Shown here: positions 10,271 through 19,781 of the stretch, one piece after another | How the letters are laid out: each line of letters opens with the position of its first letter | Numbering within the stretch: the stretch's first letter is position 1 | Assembly (NCBI GenBank): GCA_963744145.1 | Contig: CAVUSO010000001.1 | Location: forward strand, 7,328,001-7,392,000 | From: an uncultured cyanobacterium | Lineage (GTDB): Bacteria; Cyanobacteriota; Cyanobacteriia; Cyanobacteriales; CAWUOF01 | Direction: 5' to 3' | DNA: 64,000 bases | Made by a program: the position numbers and the translations under genes | The notes under the pieces: generated by a model | Seen by the model: the letters and a program-made list of their open reading frames with translations, nothing else | Database searches by the model: none | What the model was told of the DNA's origin: nothing

Positions 10271-11542
10271 TTATAGTTGTTCCTGCAAAGGTTTTTCGGC
10301 TAAAGATTCTAATTTTACTTGCTTTAACAAATCAGACCATTCTTTGGCCAAATTTGCATCAGTTGGATGGGTGAAACGAGCTGAACTTAATATGCTCAGG
10401 GTATCATACCAAATTCCCGACTTGCCATATAAAGCTGCTAGTTGGATCACATTTAAAGACCCCGATGCTGATGGAGCTGGAACACGCTTTACCCATCCGT
10501 TAATACTGTAAGCATCCGGACGCATAATTTCACCTGGTTTGAGCAGAATGATTGACCATTGATAAGGTTTGCCCATTTCTAAAGGTGGTGCATCTTGGGG
10601 TAATTGAACCCCCACAATACCTCCAGTTTTGTGTAATTCTAGATTTGTTTGATAGTGATACAGTCGATCTTCACTATAAACACTCAAGAAAACATTCTTA
10701 GCGGGTGTATTAGGAATATAGAAAAAGAAAGTTGGATGTTCAGATATTGTTAAACCAATATTGGTGTTTGGTAATAAGGCTGTTGGATAAAGAGTTAGAC
10801 TATCGCTCCGAGAACCTCCTCCTTTGGTGCTGACGGGTTGTTGGTCATCGGTCGAGCCAAAATCTACATCTCCCCGAGAACCTCCTCCTTTGGTAATATG
10901 AGGAGTCTGATCATCAGTTGAGGTGAAATCTACATCTCCCCGAGAACCTCCTCCTTTGACGGTATTGGGAGTCTGATCATCAGTTGAGGTGAAACCGATA
11001 TCCCCTCGAGAACCTCCTCCTTTAACTGTGGTCGGAGTTTTATCCTCAATGGAGCTGAAACTGATCATTCCCCGAGAACCTCCACCCCTAACTGTAGTTG
11101 GGGTTTCGTCTTCAATTGAGCTAAAGTTGATACTGCCCCGAGAACCTCCACCTCTAACTGTGGTTGGGGTTTCGTCTTCAATTGAGCTAAAGTTGATACT
11201 GCCCCGAGAACCTCCACCCCTAACTGTGTTGGGTGTTTGATCATCAGTACCAGTAAAGTTGATACTGCCCCGAGAACCTCCACCCCTAACTGTGTTGGGT
11301 GCTTGATCATCAGTAGTAGTAAAGTTGATATTGCCTCGAGAACCTCCCCCTAACAGTTTATAGGCAGTTTCGTTAGTAGGTGGTGCAAATTGAATATCAT
11401 TTGCTGAAAAAATATGAAGATTAACTGGCACTTCACCAGCATAACTCATGGTAGCCCCTAATGCTACTGATGATGCGATCGCTACTATTCCTAGTTGACG
11501 ATGTATTCTTCTATACTGTCCAGCTTTTTTTGGCCTTTTCAT
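10271..11542 (-). CDS. Exported DUF928-domain protein with 22-aa tandem repeats
   Basis: Signal-like N-terminus; C-terminal DUF928 (GLTISEHPTFFFYIP, GKPYQW, GIWYDTL); nine GGGSR motifs. Confidence 0.88.
   Translation of the reverse strand: MKRPKKAGQYRRIHRQLGIVAIASSVALGATMSYAGEVPVNLHIFSANDIQFAPPTNETAYKLLGGGSRGNINFTTTDDQAPNTVRGGGSRGSINFTGTDDQTPNTVRGGGSRGSINFSSIEDETPTTVRGGGSRGSINFSSIEDETPTTVRGGGSRGMISFSSIEDKTPTTVKGGGSRGDIGFTSTDDQTPNTVKGGGSRGDVDFTSTDDQTPHITKGGGSRGDVDFGSTDDQQPVSTKGGGSRSDSLTLYPTALLPNTNIGLTISEHPTFFFYIPNTPAKNVFLSVYSEDRLYHYQTNLELHKTGGIVGVQLPQDAPPLEMGKPYQWSIILLKPGEIMRPDAYSINGWVKRVPAPSASGSLNVIQLAALYGKSGIWYDTLSILSSARFTHPTDANLAKEWSDLLKQVKLESLAEKPLQEQL
10805..11350 (-). repeat. 66-bp (22-aa) tandem repeat, 8 full units plus a ninth GGGSR motif
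   Basis: Period of 66 nt seen directly (e.g. gggtttcgtcttcaattgag at 11101 and 11167). Confidence 0.95.
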
Positions 11543-11887
11543 GGTAGTAAATTACCCTCTCTTTGGAATGGCTATCAACACAATTATATATTTCGTATAC
11601 TAATCTTTATCTTAGTACAACTAATTGCTTGATTCTCAACTTTATCTATTTTTTACAATTGCTTGATTCTCAACTTTATCTTTATCCGATATTTATTCAA
11701 CATTGTCTAATGTCTAGGTCACCAAAGCTTAAAATTAGCTTATTAATTCCTTAACCTAGACATCTTATAATTATACATTTTACCAAATCTGATAATTGTA
11801 TTATTCATTACTTAATTGGACTTCTTGCTAAAATAATTTGGACAGATAGCTGGCCTGCCCCATCTCTGGTCGCCATAATTTTCAGAA

Positions 11888-14617
11888 TTAAAGCCAATTA
11901 CCAACTAAAACAAAAGGAGACCAGAAAAAAGGATGTTGATACTTAGAATGGATTAAAGATATCTGAGCTTGACGTAAAGCTTCAGCTTTGCTAGAAGCAT
12001 CTGTGGTTAATTGATGATAAAAATTGATCATTAATTCAGCCGTAGATTCGTCTCGCACTGACCATAAAGTAGCCATGGTACTGCGGGCACCCGATCGCAG
12101 AGCAATTCCGGCAATTCCTAGAGCAGCTCGTCGATCGCCATCTGCTGTTTGACAAGCACTTAAGACTAAAAGTTGCAGCGGATTTGGCGATTTTCTGGAT
12201 TGGAATGCGAGTAAATCTCCAAATTCTTTGACGTTGATTTCTCCATCCCAAGTGAGGAGAAAAGTTTGTTCAGCATCAGAACTAAATTGACCGTGGGTAG
12301 CTAGATGGATGATATCAAAAGCATTTTCTTCGATTTGGCTTTTTAAACCAGTACGAGTAAATTTTTGATCAAGTAAAGTATGGGAATGGTGGTCTAATTG
12401 AGAAAGAATTTCCTTAATTTCAAGTTTGACTCCTGGTAAAGAAGGAAACCCTTGACGAGATTCAGTCAATCCAGCCGTAAGACTATGTAATCTGTTTTTT
12501 GATAAAGTTTGTGGACTGAGCAAATATAATCCCGAACTCAGAGCAACAGCATAATTTTCGATCAGGTATTGTTTGCCATCATAAAGAGCTGACATGGGAA
12601 TATTGCGGAGAAATCCATCTAAAACGAATACTATAGTTTTAATTTTTTGACGATCTAAATCTGGTTTAACTGGCTTAACCAGCCAGTTATAAACTATCTC
12701 CGAATAGCGTAACCTTTCTTGATCGGAATAGTCATAATTGAAGGAAGAATAAAGTGTTTTTAAAGTCTGATCTACTTCAATTTCAGAGAGTTTAGTAGCA
12801 TAGTGTCTGAGTGGTTGGTGAGGAACAGAAACAATCACTTCTAAGCGATCGCTCAGAAAAACAGGATAAATTACTGCTGCGGTTGGATCGATCTGGTCAA
12901 CCGCCACCGGGCCAGTTCTTAAACAAGTATCTTGGAAATAATTATCTAGTTCAGCTAATTGTAAAAATTTGATCACATTACGAGCCAGTTTCATGTCCTC
13001 TTGACTCGCATTTTCTGACAATAATAAATCGATTAGTTGGCGATGAATGGGTTCAGCGTTCTCATTAAAACTAAACTGAATTTCCCGGTTATTAGCAATG
13101 AGGTCACTGCGTAAATTTTGAATTGCCTGAAAAGCTTCTTGATAGTTAGCGAGGGCTTCTTGGCGTTTACCTTCTTGTTTAAGTAAATGACCAACTTGCC
13201 AAGCAGTAGTAACAATTAATTCATTAGAATTTTTCAGTTGTGCAATTTTTAGAGCAATTTGAGCAAGCTGTTTAGCATCTTCATCCTGTTGTTGGTATTC
13301 ATAAACCTTACTGAGTTGATTAATCGCATAAGCTTCGGCAATTTGATCGTTAATTGTTCGCGCTACATTAATTGCTTTGGTTAAATCTTGCACCCTTTCT
13401 TGCCAATTAATTACCCTGGCATTTTTTTGATTTTGATCTACCAGTTTCATCAAACTCTGGTTGAGATTGACTTGAGTAAAAACATAGTAACGACTAGGTG
13501 GAATCTGGGCAATTTCCGCTTTAACTTCAGGTAGAATGGCGATCGCTTGATCTGCCAATTTTTGCGCCACCATTAAACTTAATTGATTTAATTGAATTTT
13601 GGCTTTTAATCCAGGGTTAGTCGTAATTCTTAAGGCTTTTTTATAAAAATCAAATGCTTCTTCGATCGCATCGTAATCTCTCGCTAGATTAGCTATATCT
13701 AATAAAGTAGCAGCCCGATCATTATTAGTTATTTTCGCATCTTTAATCGCTAAACTTTTTTCGAGGACTTTGACGGATTTGGTAAATTCTCCCATTAATC
13801 TTAATGTTACTCCCAAGCTCCGTAATCCCGATGCTTTTAATACTGGATCAGGTTCTTGTTGAATTTCTTGGAGCGTTTCTTCTAACAATTTCCGACTCCG
13901 CTGATACTGTCCCATGCTCCGGATTGCTTGAGCTTGATTGATTTTGCTCCCCCACATCCCCTGAGAATTTCCGGCTTTTTTGTACAGAGATTCAGATTGT
14001 ATCCAACTTGCTAAAGCTAATTCAGCTTGTCCTGTTTTTAGTTGCGATTTTCCTTGGGTATTCAGAGCTTGTGCTAATACAGACCATCCAATTGGATCTG
14101 CTGCAGCTTGATTTTCCAATAACTTGATGCTACTTTCAATGGCTTTATCGGCCAGTTGCCATTCTCCTAAATCTTGATATGCTGAAGATATGTTAGTTAA
14201 TAATGATGCTTGGGGTAAAATTAGTTTCTCAGATGCTAGAATATTTAGGGCTTGTTGCCAAATCGCGATCGCTTCTTGATAGCGTCCCTCTTGCTCGAGT
14301 TTTCTTCCTTGTTCTATTAATCCTTCTGGTGTTTGGACTTGTTCAACCACTCCCATATTTGTTGGGACATGGGCAAAAACTGGCATCACTAGCGTTACTA
14401 ATAATAAAGCTACCAAACCTAACCCTAAATAAAAAGAAGATCTGGCTAACTTTCTCAGGAAGTTTTCCAGAAGTAATACCAATTTAATGTGAAGTTGCAC
14501 AAAGCTAAATCCCCCTAAATCCCCCTTAAGAAGGGGGACTTTTAATTCTGGCTCCCCCTTTTTAAGGGGGTTGGGGGGATCAATTCTATGCAGCTTTTTT
14601 TTGAAAAATTTATACAT
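11888..14617 (-). CDS. Exported TPR + CHAT (caspase-like, clan CD) protease
   Basis: Hydrophobic signal region, TPR-like helices, CHAT motifs IHLATHGQF and LVLSACQTA, C-terminal HPFFWSPFVLVGNWL. Start uncertain because the N-terminus contains a repeat element. Confidence 0.92.
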   Translation of the reverse strand: MYKFFKKKLHRIDPPNPLKKGEPELKVPLLKGDLGGFSFVQLHIKLVLLLENFLRKLARSSFYLGLGLVALLLVTLVMPVFAHVPTNMGVVEQVQTPEGLIEQGRKLEQEGRYQEAIAIWQQALNILASEKLILPQASLLTNISSAYQDLGEWQLADKAIESSIKLLENQAAADPIGWSVLAQALNTQGKSQLKTGQAELALASWIQSESLYKKAGNSQGMWGSKINQAQAIRSMGQYQRSRKLLEETLQEIQQEPDPVLKASGLRSLGVTLRLMGEFTKSVKVLEKSLAIKDAKITNNDRAATLLDIANLARDYDAIEEAFDFYKKALRITTNPGLKAKIQLNQLSLMVAQKLADQAIAILPEVKAEIAQIPPSRYYVFTQVNLNQSLMKLVDQNQKNARVINWQERVQDLTKAINVARTINDQIAEAYAINQLSKVYEYQQQDEDAKQLAQIALKIAQLKNSNELIVTTAWQVGHLLKQEGKRQEALANYQEAFQAIQNLRSDLIANNREIQFSFNENAEPIHRQLIDLLLSENASQEDMKLARNVIKFLQLAELDNYFQDTCLRTGPVAVDQIDPTAAVIYPVFLSDRLEVIVSVPHQPLRHYATKLSEIEVDQTLKTLYSSFNYDYSDQERLRYSEIVYNWLVKPVKPDLDRQKIKTIVFVLDGFLRNIPMSALYDGKQYLIENYAVALSSGLYLLSPQTLSKNRLHSLTAGLTESRQGFPSLPGVKLEIKEILSQLDHHSHTLLDQKFTRTGLKSQIEENAFDIIHLATHGQFSSDAEQTFLLTWDGEINVKEFGDLLAFQSRKSPNPLQLLVLSACQTADGDRRAALGIAGIALRSGARSTMATLWSVRDESTAELMINFYHQLTTDASSKAEALRQAQISLIHSKYQHPFFWSPFVLVGNWL
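14477..14614. mobile_element. MITE-family element with CCCCCTTAAGAAGGGGG-type hairpin cargo, in frame in the CHAT N-terminus
   Basis: Starts TACCAATTTAATGTGAAGTTGCAC (MITE end is TACCAATTAACTATGAAATTGCAC); other end degenerate; encodes LHRIDPPNPLKKGEPELKVPLLKGDLGGFSFVQLHIKLV. Confidence 0.7.
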
Positions 14618-16482
14618 ACTAGATTTTTGAGTTTACCTTGATCCGAGAGTTACTCGATTAACTTTAATTATTTTAAGTGTTGCTCTTGTTCACTAAAATA
14701 TTTATCACTGCTACTTTAATCTGTTATAATTTCTAGGTTAAATTTTTAGTTAACCCTAGTTTTCTAAATTTATTAGGCACTGCCAGTAATCTAGCGCGAT
14801 CGGTACAGAAAAAAGATTAAAATTAGGTTAAGCTATGTTTAAAATCCTTGACAATTCCTGGGGCGATCGGCTAGGAGCGGCGAGTTCGGCCCAGAAGCGC
14901 TCAAAACAATTTCTCCTTTTTCATTGATTTGCCATCCTGTGACTTCTCTAATTACTGGTAAGGTGGGAGTTGTTAATCTAGCCGAAGAATTAGCAGAATT
15001 TTGGGATAAGACTTGACTGGTGTAATCTGTGTAATCTTGCCAAATATCCTCACTATTAAATGGTTTGCTCGGATCATCTGATAAACCACCCCTTCTGGTG
15101 ATCTTAAACGTATCGCCACTACGTTTGGTACAATCGGCAATAATTTGATGAGAAGCATCAGCGAATTGTTGTGGTAGTTCGATTAATTCCGCACTGGTTT
15201 TAAGATCAGGAGTATTGACTTTGACATTACCAGAAATTCCAAATTGAGAAGAAGCAGTAATATTACTATCAGGAGAAAGGAACAAACCCGTAGTAGTAAT
15301 TAAAATATTACCACCGCTACCTCGGACAGCATTAGCATTAATGGTACTACCTTCAATGGCAGCGATCGTACCAGAATTAATGGTCAAATTGCCCCCATCA
15401 CCAACTGAGCCTAAAGCATCTACAATGATTTCACCACTATGGCGTAATTGCAAGGAATCTTGCACATTCAGAATCACATTACCACCCTGTCCAGATGCGG
15501 TAGAGCCAGTAATAAAGCCACCACGCTGTAATAATACATCTGTAGCATTTAACTGGAATTTTCCCGCATTTCCAGTTCCTTGATGTTGTACACCAACTCG
15601 CGCCCCATCTTGCACTGTCAGACGACCTGTATTAATAGTTAATTCACCTGTATTTCCTGAAAAATTAGGTGGCAATCCGAAATAATTGAGAATTTCATCA
15701 TTTAATTTAAAACCACTAGCTGAGATATCTGAAGGCTCTCCATCAGATTTAGTACCGCTAACCAAAATTGAGTCTGGGGCGTTAATTGTAACTTTACCAG
15801 CATTCCCAGAAGTGCTAGTTGTAGAATTTACTTGTCCGCCATCAAGAACGGTTAATTTAGGCGTATTAATCAGAGTATTACCTGCATTTCCAAATGCAAA
15901 AGTATAGGTGCTGATATAACTCGCAGCCAATAAAAGCGATGGGGGTGCTGTTCCAACCACTTCAATACTCTCAGATGCCTTGATATTAATATTACCACCA
16001 TTTCCCGTTCCATTTCCTGGTAATTCTTGTCCGATTCGATTAAGGGGAGAAGTATATATAGTTGATCCTAGTAAACCTCCATTTGTAATGCTTAATCTAG
16101 AGGTAGATAAATTCACATCACCCGCCGAGCCACTGTTATAAGTTACGCTACTGATTGCGCTATAAATAGGAGTATTATCATTACTATTTATAGCTCCATT
16201 AATATTTACTAACTGGCTAGCATCAATAGTAATATTGCCAGCATTGCCTGTTCCATTTCTAGGTGCTGGTTCTGCGATTTGGTAAGGAAATACTGCTGTT
16301 AAAATTTCACTTCCACTGTCAAGTCTCAATTGTTGGGTTGATATCGCTACATTCCCTCCATTTGATCCTCCCGAAGTATCTGACCAAATTCCCCCACTGA
16401 AATCACTTTCAAAGGAATTTATTCCATTTGCGGAGATTGAGTCAGAAGCATTAACGCTGATATCTCCTCCAATTCCATTTCC

Positions 16483-17939
16483 CAGGGTAAGAGCATCTCA
16501 ATTAGGCTTGACACAAGGATTAAGAAGGATCTAATGTAGACTCAGAGAAACAAGAAAGGAGGATTTGGAGCATATAATTATTATCCATAGCAGCGCGTTT
16601 ACTTTTCTGGCGTAAACTGCGTTTGTAAGTTGACTCGCGATTAAGAGCGTTGAGAGCTAATCGTCTGAGCAGAGAAAAGTTACGAGGACTGTGAAAAGAA
16701 CGAATGCGACAGCTATCTTCAAAAAAAGTACAATCTAAAGTCCAGTGTGCAGAATTTTCGATTTCCCAATGTTGACGAATAGCTCGACCTATGAATTCAG
16801 CATTGTTGTCTAAAGAAGTAAGATAGTATTGAGTCTCGCAAGTAGTTTTGTTCCAAAGATGACGGATACGATGAATGATGACAATACTTTTTAAACCTGC
16901 CCATAATTTGGGTTGGTAAAGGTCAGGAATGGCCGTAATAGGGAACACCCAAACTTCACGAATTTCCACCCGATGATGCCCTTTCTCAATCCGTTTGTCA
17001 TGAGTGAAATCAATTCCTGAAAAATTATTTTTCTGTGCAGTTTGGAAGAATTGTTGTACCTGATTATGTAAAGTTGGATGATTGGCTTTAAGTGTCAGAA
17101 TATAATCAGCTTTTTTATCAATAATCTTTTGAGCAATTTCGGTTTGGGTCCCCATCGCATCAATAGTAATAATTGAGCCAGCGATATCAAGTAACTCTAG
17201 TAATGCTGGAATAGCTGTAATTTCATTGGATTTATCTTGGACTTTCATTTGTGCTAAAACTAATCGTTGTTCACTAGCCCACGCACTAATCAAATGTAAT
17301 GCTGATTGTCCTTGATTTCGGTCATAGGAACCTCTGACAGTCTTCCCATCTATGGCAATTACTTCTCCTCCCATTTGAGTAACTAAGGTGTTTACCCAAG
17401 CTTGAAAACATTGCTCCAATTGGTTGGGGTTAATACTTTCAAATACTCGACGAAAGGTATCATCTGAGGGAATACCATTGGGTAATTCTAAAAACTCTTC
17501 TAGCCAAATTTGTTTACTAATCCCATAATTCTCAATGTCTTCCCAGCCTTGTGCTCCAGCTATTATGGCCAGAATTGCCATCACTAAAATGTCTATCAAT
17601 AAGTGTTTTTTTGTTCGGTTTACTCTCGGGTCTTCAACATCTTCAAAATGCTTGACTAAACTCTGTTGTATTTCCATCAAGTCAGCTACTACTTGGTTTT
17701 TCCTAGCAGAATGGGAGTTTTGTTTAGCATTAGCTATATTGATATCGAACCCTTGAGACATTTGAATATTCCTGGAGATTATGAGTTGGACGGTATAGTT
17801 TTTCACCTACCACTCTCTATGCTCTTTTGTCAACTATTTTCTCTACCAGATTTGTGATGTTCTGATCTCGATGGCTATATTTCATATTTGATGAAAATAT
17901 TCTGTATCCTCGGTGACAAAATTAGATGCGCTAACCCTG
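16483..17939 (-). mobile_element. ISAs1-family insertion sequence, 1457 bp, 11-bp target duplication
   Basis: TIRs CAGGGTAAGAGCATCT / AGATGCGCTAACCCTG; ATTCCATTTCC at 16472-16482 and 17940-17950. Confidence 0.93.
16520..17806 (-). CDS. ISAs1-family DDE transposase
   Basis: DPRVNR, GIPSDDTFRRVF, IAIDGKT, KSNEITAIP, TIDAMGTQ, HWEIEN motifs; exact start uncertain. Confidence 0.95.
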   Translation of the reverse strand: MKNYTVQLIISRNIQMSQGFDINIANAKQNSHSARKNQVVADLMEIQQSLVKHFEDVEDPRVNRTKKHLLIDILVMAILAIIAGAQGWEDIENYGISKQIWLEEFLELPNGIPSDDTFRRVFESINPNQLEQCFQAWVNTLVTQMGGEVIAIDGKTVRGSYDRNQGQSALHLISAWASEQRLVLAQMKVQDKSNEITAIPALLELLDIAGSIITIDAMGTQTEIAQKIIDKKADYILTLKANHPTLHNQVQQFFQTAQKNNFSGIDFTHDKRIEKGHHRVEIREVWVFPITAIPDLYQPKLWAGLKSIVIIHRIRHLWNKTTCETQYYLTSLDNNAEFIGRAIRQHWEIENSAHWTLDCTFFEDSCRIRSFHSPRNFSLLRRLALNALNRESTYKRSLRQKSKRAAMDNNYMLQILLSCFSESTLDPS

Positions 17940-19577
17940 ATTCCATTTCCTTGAGTTAGAGAATAAATTCCCCCTCCATTAGATAAAGTTAATCGATCTG
18001 TGGACAGAGCAATTTTTCCGCCATTTCCTCCACCCAAACTTATACTATTTAAGCCACTACCAAAGGAATAAAAAGGGTTGGCATTATTGGCGATAATATC
18101 GGTAGCATTGACAGTAATATTACCACCATTTCCCGGGGCATTTTGTCCTACCAATGTAGTGATTTGCCCCCCATTAGTTAGCATCATTTCTCTAGTTGAG
18201 ATTTTGATATCTCCTCCATTACCAGTCGCAAAATTTTCGCTACTGATCCGACTATTAGGATTTTTGTCTAGCTGAATTGGAGTAGTGCTGGTTGGTGATA
18301 CCCCATCGATGTTAATTGTATCGGCTGTGACTGTAATATTTCCAGCTATTCCTTGTCCTAAATTTAAGGTTTCGATCCGTCCCCCATCTTGAATATTGAT
18401 TTGGGGTGCAGTAACAGCGATCGCACCTCCTTGACTACTAGATCCTGATTCAATTTGATTCACAATTGCGGAACTTAAACCAGAGTTTGTCCCAGCAATT
18501 TCCAGAGATTTACTAGCAGCGATCGCGATATTACTCCCAGTTCCAATCCCATTATTACTCGCGCTAATTTGGGAACCATTGAGGATACCGATATCACCAC
18601 CAACTAAGGAAATACCACTATTACCTAGGTTGGAAACATTCACGACCGAGGAACTCAAGGTAATATTGCCAAACTGTTGCACCTGAGCATATCCTAAAGT
18701 CCATCCAGATAGATTTTGGGAAAGACTAACTTGTCCTAATTTCACGCTCCCAATTTCAATCCGTCCTCCGGTCGCGATCGCACTGGCACCTGTTAAAACT
18801 ACATCTCCACCAACTAATGCTAATGTATTTCCAGGCGCAACCGTTAAACTTCCTGAACTTTGCACTGTCCCTGAATTAGGTTGATTCCATTGTAAACCGA
18901 TCGGAACATTCATGCTCAACAATGGAGGAGCCTGTGGATTACTAGCACTATAAATACTACCATTGGATAGTTGAATACTGTTAGCGGTACTACCGAAAAA
19001 AGCACCACCAATATTTAAGCTGGTATTCGGTCCAAAAATTATCCCGTTCGGATTAGTTAAAAATAAATTTGCTCTACCGTTAGTATGAATTGAACCATCT
19101 ATATTAGAAATATTCTTACCTGTGACACGGGTGAGAATATTGTCAATTCCAATTGCATTATTAAAAAATGCTCCTGTATTCGTAGGAATCGAAAATTCTT
19201 GGAAACTATGGAAAAGTATATTACCTGATCTGGTCCCCCCTTCAATTTGAAAGGTATTCCCTTGATGGCTTACAACTGAAGGTTGAGATAACGTAGCATC
19301 AGGAACAATTTGGGCTGTTGCTATATTTGCCCAACTCAGAAATATAATTATGCTAAAACTACGGCATAGCATAGAGTTTTCCTAGGCGTATTTATAACGC
19401 ACTTATGAAACAGATTTAGTTCAAACTTACATAACCTCTTCTTAACATCCCATCGTTATATTATAATAAAACTAAGATCAGATTAAGATTAGTTTAAAGA
19501 CTATCAGTAAATAGGCGATCGGGGGATGACTCCCCCTTAAAAAGCAGGGCTATTTCATGCTCGATTCTCATATAATC

Positions 19578-19703
19578 TGACCTAACCCCCCAACCTCTTC
19601 CCTAGGAGGGCAGGGGGAGTAATTAAGATGATTAAATTGATGGGAGTGAATCAGACTCATTCTTGCTCCCCTTTCCTCTTAGGAGAGGGGTTGGGGGAGA
19701 GGT
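19578..19703. repeat. Cyanobacterial CCCCC/GGGGG hairpin dispersed repeat
   Basis: CCTAACCCCCCAACCTCTTCCC...CTCCCCTTTCCTCTTAGGAGAGGGGTTGGGGGAGAGG; inverted relative copy at 44455..44540. Confidence 0.75.
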
Positions 19704-19781
19704 TCTGCTATCAAATAATATATGATTGTATGATAATTATGCGATCGCTATATGAGCAAAAAAAATCAGCCTAAATTAAAT

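Larger units (their letters stand above)
14839..19372 (-). pseudogene. Filamentous haemagglutinin-like TpsA exoprotein interrupted by ISAs1; restores to 1021 aa
   Basis: TPS domain (FHSFQEF, NPNGIIFG), beta-helix repeats; halves rejoin in frame as TQGNGI|GGDISVNASDSI...QQLRLDSGSEIL. Confidence 0.9.

Noticed and set aside
10805..11350. 66-bp periodic repeat as a CRISPR array
   Set aside because: Lies in frame in a CDS, varies at synonymous positions, spacers are homologous to each other, and there are no cas genes.
19545..19575. CAGGGCTATTTCAT as an IS/MITE end
   Set aside because: No matching second end or target duplication found nearby.
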